From positions 1 to 64,000 of the IMG/VR virus record IMGVR_UViG_3300028883_000044: DNA of 64,000 nucleotides. One strand, 5' to 3'. Below are positions 38,373 to 48,037 of the stretch, in pieces (positions within the stretch are counted from its first letter, which is position 1; each line of letters begins with the position of its first letter). The translations under genes and the position numbers were made by a program. The notes under the pieces were generated by a model that had not been told where the DNA came from, searched no databases, and saw only the letters and a program-made list of their open reading frames with translations. The stretch comes from a virus.

Positions 38373-39181
38373 TATATGTCTACCTCCAAACCTATGGTTT
38401 CTTTTATTTTTTCGCAATAATCCTTGTTCAATTCATAGCCAATAAAATCTCTATTGGTTTCTTTACAAACTACACCAACAGTACCTGAACCTGCAAAGGG
38501 GTCTAACACTAAGTCTCCTTCATCAGTATAAGTCATAATAAAAAATTCAACTAACTTCTTAGGGAAAGTAGCTGGGTGCCACTTATTTGGACTATAAGCA
38601 TTTATAATATTATCCACATGAATTACATTTGATGGGTAAGCTTTTGTTTTCCCTTTAAAGTTTTCAAATCTAGGTTGTATCATACCACTATTATTATTTG
38701 ATGCACCTGAATATTTATTTTTAATTCTTCTATAAGTAGCTTCTTTCAAAGGTACCATAACCCTTTCGGGGTGCATTTTAATTCTATGATACTTTGCAAA
38801 ATGATAAATAGGTTCCCAGCCATTTTTAAACCTAGTATAAGGTTTGCCCGGAAAACCATTCTTAGTCCAAACCAAAGTATCTACCTCATTCAAATCAGTT
38901 TCAGTACATAATCTATAAACTAATTCTTTTACATAAGTGCTTTTGTATTTTGTCTTTTTAACTGTATGCTCTTTTATATTCAAAAAGAAAGAACCTGTAG
39001 GTTTTAAAACTCTACTTATCTCTCTAGCAATAGGTAGAAACCAAGATACATATTCAGTAGAATCTATACCACCATAAGTATCCTTTCTCTGTTGAGCATA
39101 AGGTGGTGATGTAAATACCATATCAATAGTATTATCCTCTAAACTTTCCAAGCCTTTTAAACAATCGATATTATAAATCAT
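38372..39181 (-). CDS. amino-DNA methyltransferase, beta class, probably m4C
   Basis: FTSPPY motif IV precedes HPATFP and LDPFAGSGT motif I. Confidence 0.9.
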   Translation of the reverse strand: MIYNIDCLKGLESLEDNTIDMVFTSPPYAQQRKDTYGGIDSTEYVSWFLPIAREISRVLKPTGSFFLNIKEHTVKKTKYKSTYVKELVYRLCTETDLNEVDTLVWTKNGFPGKPYTRFKNGWEPIYHFAKYHRIKMHPERVMVPLKEATYRRIKNKYSGASNNNSGMIQPRFENFKGKTKAYPSNVIHVDNIINAYSPNKWHPATFPKKLVEFFIMTYTDEGDLVLDPFAGSGTVGVVCKETNRDFIGYELNKDYCEKIKETIGLEVDI

Positions 39182-39459
39182 CTGTCTCCTTCCCAAAAAA
39201 ATCCTTCTATATGGTCACTACTAAAAACATCATCTATATCGCATTCTTCTGCAACAATGTCTATAAGAGTCTGTAACTCATATAAATCTAAAGGATTAAT
39301 TGTATTTTTAAATTCCATGTTATCATTTATAAGTTGAGTTAATAAATCTAAATTATTAATAATAGCACTAGCTAAAAATATTCTTTCGTCATCTTGACTT
39401 TCTTCTAACTGGTTTACAATTTCTAAAAGCGTCGCTCTTAGCATATCATATGTGTTCAT
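39178..39459 (-). CDS. hypothetical acidic protein
   Basis: ORF with AAGGAG RBS; first gene of the leftward arm. Confidence 0.6.
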   Translation of the reverse strand: MNTYDMLRATLLEIVNQLEESQDDERIFLASAIINNLDLLTQLINDNMEFKNTINPLDLYELQTLIDIVAEECDIDDVFSSDHIEGFFWEGDR

Positions 39460-39597
39460 TTTTGCCTACTCCTTTTATTTTTTATTAAAGATAATCCATA
39501 ATAATTTGTCATAACTTTTTAGTTGCATCAGCATAAGCTTCAAATTTAAAATACACTTCTGCTTTCGTTATATAAATGTGCATCGTAATTTTATAAT

Positions 39598-39626
39598 ATT
39601 ATACCACTGCTTTTTATTATTGTCAA
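39598..39626 (-). promoter_or_regulatory. consensus sigma70 promoter, leftward
   Basis: TTGACA-17-TATAAT with TGn extension. Confidence 0.85.
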
Positions 39627-39646
39627 ATACCAATTTTTAAATTAAT

Positions 39647-39675
39647 CTTACATTTTTCTTAAAATGTGGTATAAT
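39647..39675 (+). promoter_or_regulatory. secondary rightward promoter
   Basis: CTTACA-17-TATAAT with TGn. Confidence 0.5.
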
Positions 39676-39710
39676 TAATTATAGATAGAATAAATAAAAA
39701 AAATAAATAC

Positions 39711-39739
39711 TTGACATTTAAAAATAAATATGGTATAAT
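39711..39739 (+). promoter_or_regulatory. consensus sigma70 promoter, rightward
   Basis: TTGACA-17-TATAAT with TGn; A-rich UP-like region. Confidence 0.88.
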
Positions 39740-39919
39740 TGTGTCGCCAAATACTGCGAAATAAAAACAATCTAATTAAAAAACGAATTAAAAAAAAATT
39801 AGATAAAAAAAATTAAATAAAAAAAACAATTAAATATTAAAATAAAAATAAATAAAAACAAAGTATTTAACCTTGTATTTATATTATAGCACACTAATAA
39901 AAAAATTGAAAGGAGTTTT

Positions 39920-41803
39920 ATGAATTTATTTAAAATCGAAACACTTAGTGATATTGCTAATTTTCAAAAAGATTTATCTACTACGGAATATATTATTTTA
40001 GATATTGAAACTAACGGATTAGATTGCTTTTCTAATGATTTGCTTTTAATACAATTAAAATTAAATGATAATTATTATTATGTTGAATATCAATTTGCTG
40101 ATAAAAAATTGGTTTATTATCTATTAGATTTAATTGATGCTTCTGGTAAAAAGGTTATCGGATTTAATATTAAATTTGATATGAAATTTATATTAAGTAA
40201 ATTAAATATTCTGCTAAGGAATGTTATTTGTATTATGTATACAGAAGTTATTTTAGAAAATGGTATAGGTAAAAGATTTTATTCACTACCTGAAATTGTT
40301 TCTAAGTATCTTGACATAGAAATGTCAAAGGATGTTAGAAATGATTTTATAGATTTTCCTAAAGAATCTCATATAAGTCAGCAAATGATTGAATATGGTT
40401 TAACAGATGTTTCTTATTTAGATGAAATATTTAAAAAGCAATCTGAATTTATCCATAAAGATAGATTAGAAGAAGTATTAGATTTAGAAATGAAACTACT
40501 ACCTGTAGTTTGTAGTATGGAAAATGAAGGTATTTCTTTAAATAAAGATTTATGGTCAGAGTTAGCTAATAATGCTAAAAAAGAATATGCTTCTTTAGAG
40601 AAAAAAATAAAGGAAAATATTTTATTATCTTATATAGATACATTGGATAAGGATTTATCTATAACAGAAATTTGTGATAATCTTAAAATAAGAATAACTA
40701 CTAAACGAGAAAAAACAGCTTTAGATTTAGTAAAAGATTATGATAATAAAAAAGAAATTGTATTAGAAAAATTTAATTTAAATTCTAATGCTCAATTAAA
40801 AAATTTATTAAATCTTGTAGGAGTACCTGTAAAGGATGTATCTGAAAAAACATTAAAGAAACTTATAAATCAATTTAGTTTTCTTGAAGATATTATTTCT
40901 TACAAGGATAAAGCAAAAGCTATATCATCTTTTGGTGAAGGTTTCTTTGATTATATTCACCCAAAGACTGGAAAGATTCATGCTACAGCTAATCAACTAA
41001 TGGCTCAAACAGGAAGATTTTCTTATAGTAATCCTAACCTTCAACAGATAAAACATGATAGTAAATATCGTGAAGCTTTTTATGTAGAAGATGGTTATAA
41101 GATAATCGCCGCAGATTATTCTCAACAAGAATTGAGATTGTTTGCCTCACTAACTAGAGAGCCAAAACTTATTGAAGCTTTTGTTAAAGGTATTGATCCA
41201 CATTCTATGACAGCTTCTATTGTCTTTGAAAAGGATATTGCTGAAATAACTCCAGATGAACGTTCTATAGGAAAGGCAGTTAATTTTGCTATTATCTATG
41301 GTACAACATCTATGGGAATGGCATATAATTTTTCTATCCCTTTGAAAGATGCTGAGAAATTTTTAAATAAATTTTGGTTAGGTTATAACATAGCAGGATA
41401 TTTTGTTACAGAAGTTAAGAATAAAATTATTCAAAATTATTATACTAGAACTCCAATAGGAAGAATAAGAAGATTTGAACAACAAGTTATATTTAAAGAT
41501 AGAGGAGATTATTATAGACATACAGAAGCAGTTAAACGAAAAGGTTTTAATACAATAGTCCAAGGATGTGGTGCAGATATTGTAAAGTATGCTCTAGTAA
41601 ATATGTTTAATAACAATCCTTTTGGAGACAAGTTTAAAATTATACTTACAGTACATGATGAAATTTTGGTAAAAGTTTCTGATGATATTGTAGAACCCGC
41701 TAAAGATTTTGTGATTAAAATTATGGAAGATGTGGAACAAATATTTTTAGGAGAAATTCCAGCAAAGGTAGATGGTAAAGTTTCTACATACTGGAAACAT
41801 TAA
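39920..41803 (+). CDS. polA: DNA polymerase family A with 3'-5' exonuclease, no 5'-3' exonuclease
   Basis: LDIETNG, FNIKFD, TGRFS..PNLQQI, ADYSQQELR, KAVNFAIIYG, TVHDE. Confidence 0.95.
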   Translation: MNLFKIETLSDIANFQKDLSTTEYIILDIETNGLDCFSNDLLLIQLKLNDNYYYVEYQFADKKLVYYLLDLIDASGKKVIGFNIKFDMKFILSKLNILLRNVICIMYTEVILENGIGKRFYSLPEIVSKYLDIEMSKDVRNDFIDFPKESHISQQMIEYGLTDVSYLDEIFKKQSEFIHKDRLEEVLDLEMKLLPVVCSMENEGISLNKDLWSELANNAKKEYASLEKKIKENILLSYIDTLDKDLSITEICDNLKIRITTKREKTALDLVKDYDNKKEIVLEKFNLNSNAQLKNLLNLVGVPVKDVSEKTLKKLINQFSFLEDIISYKDKAKAISSFGEGFFDYIHPKTGKIHATANQLMAQTGRFSYSNPNLQQIKHDSKYREAFYVEDGYKIIAADYSQQELRLFASLTREPKLIEAFVKGIDPHSMTASIVFEKDIAEITPDERSIGKAVNFAIIYGTTSMGMAYNFSIPLKDAEKFLNKFWLGYNIAGYFVTEVKNKIIQNYYTRTPIGRIRRFEQQVIFKDRGDYYRHTEAVKRKGFNTIVQGCGADIVKYALVNMFNNNPFGDKFKIILTVHDEILVKVSDDIVEPAKDFVIKIMEDVEQIFLGEIPAKVDGKVSTYWKH

Positions 41804-41813
41804 AGGAGGAAAA

Positions 41814-42155
41814 ATGGAAGATGGAATACTTGAACTATTGGCTATATTAAAAAGCATTGTTGAGAATGAATTTCCTAAGTTGTGGGAGATTTGCCAAATG
41901 CAAATACAATCAGAAATAAATGTCTGTCTCGGGTGGATAGGTTTTCTTGTTTTAGTTATTTTATTGTTAAGTGTGGTATTTGACCTCGATAATAAACTGT
42001 GGGAGACAGGCGTGGTAGCCTTTTTATGTGCATTAATTATATTTATTTCATTAATAGTTTTACCATTTTTATTTGAAAAGTATATACTTTTATCTAGTAA
42101 CCCTGAATACTATGCTTTATTAAGATTATCTGGTATATTAGGTTTGGGGCAATAA
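41814..42155 (+). CDS. 2-TM membrane protein
   Basis: AGGAGG RBS; two hydrophobic segments. Confidence 0.6.
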   Translation: MEDGILELLAILKSIVENEFPKLWEICQMQIQSEINVCLGWIGFLVLVILLLSVVFDLDNKLWETGVVAFLCALIIFISLIVLPFLFEKYILLSSNPEYYALLRLSGILGLGQ

Positions 42156-42158
42156 CTT

Positions 42159-43145
42159 ATGGAACAATTTAAAAAATTTATGCAATCAGATTTTGATGAA
42201 TTAATTACAGATAAAGTAGAGGATGTAGAAGTAATCCCAACAGGTTCGTATAGTTTAGACATATCTATAGGACCGGGAGGTATTCCTAAAGGTAAATTTT
42301 CTCTTGTATATGGACCCGAATCTAGTGCAAAAACAACACTATCATTAGGGATATGTAGAGAAGCTCTGAAGCAAGGTGATAGTGTTCTGTTTATAGATGT
42401 TGAGAATCAGCTTGATTTAAAATATTCTAAAGATATTATAGGGGCAAGTTTTGATGAGAATAAATTTATTTTAGTACAACCAGAATTAGCTGAGGACGCT
42501 TTTAAAATAGCTGAACGTGGTATTGAATCGGGAGAATTTGGTTTGGTAGTAATGGATTCTATCGCCGCCCTAGCACCTGAGAAGGAAAAGAAAGATGATT
42601 TTGAGGACGCAAATGTTGGACTTATTTCGAGAATGCTTGGGAAATTTTTTAGGCGACAGGCTTATCCAGTCAGAAAGAACAATGTCGCTGTGCTATTTAC
42701 AAATCAAGTAAGAGATACTATTGGAAGTTATGTTTCAACATACAGTGTGCCCGGAGGACATGCACTTAAACATTATTGTTCTTTGATTGTAATGTTATCT
42801 AAAGGAGTTAAGATTGAAGTAAAGAAAAATATTATAGGATTGAATGTAAAATTTAGTGTAAAGAAAAATAAGATAGGTGGTATACCTTTTGCAGGTTTTA
42901 CAATTCCAGTAATGTTTGGAATGGGAGTAGATAGTTATCTCGACCTCTTGACATTTGCTTCACAATTAGATATAATATCTCGTAGAGGTTCATTCTATTA
43001 TTATGGTGATGCTAAGTTAGGTCAGGGAAGTTTTGATGCCAGTAAAACACTTATGGAAAATAAAGAAATACTTGACGAAATACTAAAAGAGTGTTATAAT
43101 ATGGTAAATCCTGAGTTAGCTATGAGGAAAGAAAACGAAGAATAA
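42159..43145 (+). CDS. recA: RecA/UvsX-like recombinase
   Basis: IPTGSYSLD, GPESSAKTT, VMDSIAAL, FTNQVR, PGGHALKHY, KNK. Confidence 0.95.
   Translation: MEQFKKFMQSDFDELITDKVEDVEVIPTGSYSLDISIGPGGIPKGKFSLVYGPESSAKTTLSLGICREALKQGDSVLFIDVENQLDLKYSKDIIGASFDENKFILVQPELAEDAFKIAERGIESGEFGLVVMDSIAALAPEKEKKDDFEDANVGLISRMLGKFFRRQAYPVRKNNVAVLFTNQVRDTIGSYVSTYSVPGGHALKHYCSLIVMLSKGVKIEVKKNIIGLNVKFSVKKNKIGGIPFAGFTIPVMFGMGVDSYLDLLTFASQLDIISRRGSFYYYGDAKLGQGSFDASKTLMENKEILDEILKECYNMVNPELAMRKENEE
43072..43100 (+). promoter_or_regulatory. internal sigma70 promoter in the recA 3' end
   Basis: TTGACG-17-TATAAT with TGn. Confidence 0.65.
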
Positions 43146-43166
43146 TTTTAAGAAAGGAGAAATTTT

Positions 43167-43496
43167 ATGGATAGAAGTTTAGGTATGGAAAGGTTATACT
43201 CATTAGGTAATTATAAAAATATTAAATTTTCTAGCTACATTAATGACTTACCAGAAGATATAATGTTAGAACCCTCTGTTGTAGGAAAGCTAAGATTTAT
43301 GCAGATGTTAGAAATCGAACTCTCATATAGAAAATATATACAGCTTTCAAAAGAAGTTTTTAATAAACTAGAGGAAGGTGAAATAATTGAAAAGCTAGAA
43401 GAAGTTATGGATAGTAAATTATCTGAATTAAAAAGTTTATTAGCTAAAGTAGAACCACCAGTAGAGTTAAAAGCAGATGTAACTTTGGAGGAATAA
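43167..43496 (+). CDS. hypothetical protein
   Basis: AAGGAG RBS. Confidence 0.65.
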   Translation: MDRSLGMERLYSLGNYKNIKFSSYINDLPEDIMLEPSVVGKLRFMQMLEIELSYRKYIQLSKEVFNKLEEGEIIEKLEEVMDSKLSELKSLLAKVEPPVELKADVTLEE

Positions 43497-43619
43497 ATGA
43501 TAGACTCTAGCAGTCTGGTGGTACCATTCGAAGTTTTTATAGCAGTTATTTTAGGTAGTATTATTAATTTTTTATTTATTGTATTACTACGATACTTAGT
43601 CAAAAATAATAAAATATAA
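43497..43619 (+). CDS. 40-aa single-TM protein, not in the ORF track
   Basis: GGAGG RBS; MIDSSSLVVPFEVFIAVILGSIINFLFIVLLRYLVKNNKI; fills the gap. Confidence 0.55.
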   Translation: MIDSSSLVVPFEVFIAVILGSIINFLFIVLLRYLVKNNKI

Positions 43620-43633
43620 GGAGATAAAAAAAT

Positions 43634-44446
43634 ATGTTTGCCGATACTGGATTAAAAGATGGTGATAAAGCTCGACCGAAAATTCATTATTTACATACGA
43701 CACCCGGACATCATATTATCCGAATTCTTTCCGAAAAAGCACATAGAGTTGATATGCACTGGGTAAATGGAACTTCTGTACAATGCTTGGGAGAGGAGTG
43801 TCCACTGTGTGAAAATAATAAAATTATTAGAACAGAAAATCCTGATACCTTTAGAGAAATTTCTGGATATATTCCTTACAGAAAAACTTTTTATATAAAC
43901 ATCTATGATAGAACACCTGTGAAAATTTGCCCTAATTGTGGGTATGAAAATACTAAAGTTGAGGGTGGGGCTTTTCCAGCGGTATGTGATAAATGTCAAA
44001 CACTTATTGCTAGTATAGAAGCACATCAATCAAATAGTATAAAGGTTTTAGTTAAAGGTGTTTCTGTGTTTGACCAGTTTAATGCTTTATATGCTTCTGT
44101 ATTAGATGAATCTGGAGAACCCGTTTCTCTAAATAAATACGATATTGATTTATATGTACAAGGTGTAGGAAGGAATACTAAAATTACTGCAATACCTAGA
44201 ACGGATAAAATGGATGTAATTGAATATAAAGAAGAAGATTTATATGATTTAGAAAACATACCATTGAAACTTTCTGCGGATGAAATTTTACAGTTACAGA
44301 GAAAAGTTTCTTTGCAAGATATTTTCGCCGCTCGTAGGGCTAAAGAAACTTCGGATGCAGTAATTACAGATGTAGGAGAACAATTAGAGCTTATACCGAA
44401 AGATGTTAAAGAAGAACTTAATGATAGAATAAATAAATTCTTTTAA
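43634..44446 (+). CDS. single-stranded DNA-binding protein (T4 gp32-like) with an extra Zn-ribbon insertion
   Basis: IRIL, HW..CLGEECPLC, YINIYDR, CPNC..CDKC, acidic C-terminus. Confidence 0.65.
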   Translation: MFADTGLKDGDKARPKIHYLHTTPGHHIIRILSEKAHRVDMHWVNGTSVQCLGEECPLCENNKIIRTENPDTFREISGYIPYRKTFYINIYDRTPVKICPNCGYENTKVEGGAFPAVCDKCQTLIASIEAHQSNSIKVLVKGVSVFDQFNALYASVLDESGEPVSLNKYDIDLYVQGVGRNTKITAIPRTDKMDVIEYKEEDLYDLENIPLKLSADEILQLQRKVSLQDIFAARRAKETSDAVITDVGEQLELIPKDVKEELNDRINKFF

Positions 44447-44453
44447 AGTTAAA

Positions 44454-44521
44454 TGGGTAGTAGAGTTAAGTAAACCGATTTCCTACGGGTTTTTATTGTG
44501 GGTTCAAATCCCACCTACCCA
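44454..44521 (+). ncRNA. tRNA-like element with intact acceptor stem and T-arm but no canonical D or anticodon arm
   Basis: TGGGTAG/CTACCCA stem; GTGGG-TTCAAAT-CCCAC T-arm. Confidence 0.5.
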
Positions 44522-44548
44522 TTTTATAAAATAAATAAAAGGAGGAAA

Positions 44549-45229
44549 ATGAATACAAAATATATACTACATTTATCCGGAGGAAAAGATTCTACAGCTT
44601 TACTAATCTACATATTAGAAAATAATTTGCCTTTGGATGAGATCATATTTTGCGATACAACCAAAGAATTTCCTGATATGTATAACCATTTGGATCAAAT
44701 TGAAAAATCTTTGAATGTTTCAATAACAAGACTCAAAGAAAAATCATTTGATTATTGGTTTTATCAGCATAAAAAAACTAAGGGGAAGAATAAAGGAGAG
44801 TACGGATATGGATGGCCGTTCATGGGATTGCGGTGGTGTACAAAACAGTTAAAACAATGGGTTGCAAATAAATATATAAAATCTTTAGATGTTCCAAATA
44901 TTCAATATCTTGGGATAGCTTATAATGAAAAACAAAGAGCTGAAAAATTTATTAAATTAAACTATTCTTTTCCCCTAATAACTGGGAAAATATCCGAAGA
45001 TGAATGTCTTAGAAAGGCATATTCATATGGGTTTACTTGGAATGGGTTATATGAAAAAATTCCAAGAGTTGGTTGTTATTTATGTCCATTAAGAAAATTA
45101 TCAGGACTAGAAATAATCTACAATGAATTTCCTGAATTGTGGGAAGATATAAGGTTTCTGGATAGCAAGACATCCAGACCATTTAAATTAGGGTATACTT
45201 TGCAGGAAATTGAAAAGAAATTTTCTTAA
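44549..45229 (+). CDS. PAPS reductase-family (PP-loop) protein
   Basis: SGGKDS, FCDT..EFP, RWCT..LK, RVGCYLCP; AGGAGG RBS. Confidence 0.88.
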   Translation: MNTKYILHLSGGKDSTALLIYILENNLPLDEIIFCDTTKEFPDMYNHLDQIEKSLNVSITRLKEKSFDYWFYQHKKTKGKNKGEYGYGWPFMGLRWCTKQLKQWVANKYIKSLDVPNIQYLGIAYNEKQRAEKFIKLNYSFPLITGKISEDECLRKAYSYGFTWNGLYEKIPRVGCYLCPLRKLSGLEIIYNEFPELWEDIRFLDSKTSRPFKLGYTLQEIEKKFS

Positions 45230-45291
45230 ATACTCTTGTATATTTGTAAATAGTATGGTATATTTTATAAAATAAATGAAAGGAGGAAAAA

Positions 45292-45564
45292 ATGGACAAA
45301 CCAAAAATAACAGACTTTATTCCAGAGTTGGTTGAAGCCTTAGAGAAAGAACTCACTGAAGCTGAAAAGAGGTGGGGTGATACTTGGCTAAATAGAACTA
45401 GAAAAGGTCAAGAAGGAAGAGACGAAAAAAGATTTCAAGACTACTTTGACCAGTTTAAATATAATGGAATACCAGTACCTTGGTTATCAATTATAGGCAA
45501 TTCTTTTATTTGTTGGATAAGAGATAATCACCCAGAATATTTTCCAGATTATAAAGAGGATTAG
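45292..45564 (+). CDS. hypothetical protein
   Basis: AGGAGG RBS; possible promoter at 45236-45264. Confidence 0.65.
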   Translation: MDKPKITDFIPELVEALEKELTEAEKRWGDTWLNRTRKGQEGRDEKRFQDYFDQFKYNGIPVPWLSIIGNSFICWIRDNHPEYFPDYKED

Positions 45565-45920
45565 TGGATAATTTAAATAAAGGTTTGATAGATGTTTATT
45601 TAGAAAAATTAAATAATTCAGAAGGTAGTTATGGTAAAATATTAGCTCAATTTTATTGGGAATTATTTAATATAAGACCCAATAGAAATGACATTGTTAG
45701 ATTCAATCAGTTAGTTAAATTATATGGTGCTAAACGAGTGATATTTGTTTTACAAAGTTTATATGGTCAGGATAATTTAAATACAGATAATCTATACGGA
45801 CTTATTCGATATAAATGTAGTAGAGATTTATTTGCTAAAGCTAATACAGTTGTATCAGAATCATTGATGTCAGATATACAAAAAGTTAAAGAACAATTAT
45901 ACGGAGGTGCTGATGGATAA
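45564..45920 (+). CDS. hypothetical protein, possible helicase loader / DnaD-like
   Basis: directly upstream of dnaB; helical. Confidence 0.4.
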   Translation: MDNLNKGLIDVYLEKLNNSEGSYGKILAQFYWELFNIRPNRNDIVRFNQLVKLYGAKRVIFVLQSLYGQDNLNTDNLYGLIRYKCSRDLFAKANTVVSESLMSDIQKVKEQLYGGADG

Positions 45921-47196
45921 TCTGTTTTCAACAGATTCAGAAAATTTTGTTTTGGGAATTTTAATTAAGAATCCTGATTTAGTTTATAAAATAAAAAACT
46001 TAGAACCCTTTATGTTTTCTTCACAGCAAAATTCTTTAATATATTCTACTATTAAGGATATGAGAGATAAAGGTTTAGTGCCAGAAGTTGATTTAGTATT
46101 ACAGCATTTAGAAAATAGTGGTAACTTAGAAAATGCAGGTGGCTCAGAATATATAAAATATTTGCATGGGTTAGATGGTATTAGTAGTAATCTACACGAA
46201 TATGAAAGATATGTTGTCCAAAGTTACAAGACACGTGCACTATTAAATATATTAGGTAAATATAATACAGATATTATAGTAAAATCTAATATAGAAAAAA
46301 CTTTAAATAATTTAAAGAATAATATAGAAAAAATTTCTACTACAGCGTTTGGTGATGATACTGTTTACTTAGGAGATTTTTTACCAGAATCTTGGAAAGA
46401 GATTGTAGAAAGGGCAGAGAATCCGGGCATTCGTGGAAAGACATTTGGGTTCTCTAACTTAGATATTATAACAGGTGGTATCAGCCCGGGAGACGTTAAT
46501 CTTATAGCGGGTAGACCGTCTATGGGTAAGTCAGCTTTTATATGCAATACAATTTTACAGGGTGCTAAACAAGGGAATAGGGCTTTGATATTTTCTTTGG
46601 AAATGAATAAACAAACCCTTGTAGAAAGAATGGTTGCTATAGAGACTGGAATATCTTTATCTAACATTCGTTTAGGAAATATTAAACAAGAGGAGTTAGA
46701 TAAAATATCAGAAGCTATTAATAATCTAAAAGATTTACCTATTTATATAGACGCAAATTATTTTGCTGATTTAGATTATTGGGAGAACACAATTAGAAAG
46801 TATAAAAATATTTATGGTGTAGATGTTGTATATACAGATTATTTACAATTACTTGCCGAAAGGAATTCAGATGCTACGCAGGAACTTGGAAGAATTTCTC
46901 GTAGAGCTAAAATGTTAGCAAACGATTTAGAGTTAGGACAAATTCTATTATCCCAATTAAATCGTGAAGTAGAAAGAAGAGACGATAAACGTCCTATCTT
47001 ATCTGACTTACGACAATCAGGTAATCTTGAAGAAGATGCTGATTTAGTAGCTTTTGTTTATAGGGATGAAGTCTATAATAGTACTACTAAAGATAGAGGA
47101 ATAATGGAGTTTATTATAAGAAAGCATAGAAATGGTAGGACTGGTACAATCTTTTTTAAGTTTGACCAAGAGATAACAAAGATTACAGACATATAG
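45907..47196 (+). CDS. dnaB: replicative DNA helicase DnaB
   Basis: AGRPSMGKS, FSLEM, DYLQL, LSQLNR, DLRQSGNLEEDAD, KHRNG. Confidence 0.96.
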   Translation: MLMDNLFSTDSENFVLGILIKNPDLVYKIKNLEPFMFSSQQNSLIYSTIKDMRDKGLVPEVDLVLQHLENSGNLENAGGSEYIKYLHGLDGISSNLHEYERYVVQSYKTRALLNILGKYNTDIIVKSNIEKTLNNLKNNIEKISTTAFGDDTVYLGDFLPESWKEIVERAENPGIRGKTFGFSNLDIITGGISPGDVNLIAGRPSMGKSAFICNTILQGAKQGNRALIFSLEMNKQTLVERMVAIETGISLSNIRLGNIKQEELDKISEAINNLKDLPIYIDANYFADLDYWENTIRKYKNIYGVDVVYTDYLQLLAERNSDATQELGRISRRAKMLANDLELGQILLSQLNREVERRDDKRPILSDLRQSGNLEEDADLVAFVYRDEVYNSTTKDRGIMEFIIRKHRNGRTGTIFFKFDQEITKITDI

Positions 47197-47205
47197 GGAA
47201 GGAGG

Positions 47206-47640
47206 TTGCTTATGGTAAATGCTAAAAGAAAGGGTAGTGCATGGGAAAGGGAAGCTGTAAAGATTTTAAATAATGCCTTTGGCGAAAGATTTAAAAGAGT
47301 TCCGGGTTCTGGTGCATTGGGTACAATGCTACACGAATCTATTTTAGTTAGTGATGTAAAAGGTAAATTTAATTTCTTACCAAGACCCATTCGTATAGAA
47401 TGTAAAGTGGGCTATGGTGGAAGTAAACAGATGACAATAAAAAAAGAATGGTTAGATAAAGTAAAAGAAGAAGCCGATTCTGCATATTCTTTTTCAATGC
47501 TAATGGGTAAGTTTAGTGGTGCTAGAGAAGGCACTAAACATTTTGTTGTTATTGACTTAAATACTTTTATTGATATAATGAAGATAGCCGAAAAACAGAA
47601 AGCCATTTTAGATGAGGTATACGATGGAAAAGAAAATTGA
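47206..47640 (+). CDS. Holliday junction resolvase (Hjc-like PD-(D/E)XK)
   Basis: KRKGSAWERE, RVPGSGA, SD...IECK. Confidence 0.75.
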   Translation: MLMVNAKRKGSAWEREAVKILNNAFGERFKRVPGSGALGTMLHESILVSDVKGKFNFLPRPIRIECKVGYGGSKQMTIKKEWLDKVKEEADSAYSFSMLMGKFSGAREGTKHFVVIDLNTFIDIMKIAEKQKAILDEVYDGKEN

Positions 47641-48037
47641 TTGGGATTCTCTTTTAACTTTTTATAAAGAAAAGCTAAATGTTCCTGAATACATTGTTTT
47701 TTTATTAAGTGATTATAATATTTTAACAATGTGTTGCACTGGTTTTTCTAATGAACTTATCTCTGAATTCTTAGATGTGGATGAATCTTCTGTAAAAGGT
47801 GTATTAGTTGAACATTTTGATTTCAATGGTTGGAAATTGAACCTTGACAAAAATCCTTTATTGGTGTATAATAATACTATTACAGAGATTGAGGATAATT
47901 TTTCTACTGAATTTATGGATAAATTTTATTCTAATCTAAAAGAAAATAATTTTAGCGGTGATGAATTAGAGATAGCTTATAACATCTGTAACATCTTAGC
48001 TAGAATAGAAAGGAATATCAATGAGTACTACTCTTGA
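47612..48037 (+). CDS. hypothetical protein, possible HTH
   Basis: GFSNELISEFLDVDESSV. Confidence 0.5.
   Translation: MRYTMEKKIDWDSLLTFYKEKLNVPEYIVFLLSDYNILTMCCTGFSNELISEFLDVDESSVKGVLVEHFDFNGWKLNLDKNPLLVYNNTITEIEDNFSTEFMDKFYSNLKENNFSGDELEIAYNICNILARIERNINEYYS
47844..47872 (+). promoter_or_regulatory. internal consensus sigma70 promoter
   Basis: TTGACA-17-TATAAT. Confidence 0.65.

Noticed and set aside
44498-44548. N-terminal extension MGSNPTYP of the PAPS reductase ORF
   Set aside because: It is the T-arm of the tRNA-like element read in frame; the real start is ATG 44549 behind AGGAGG.
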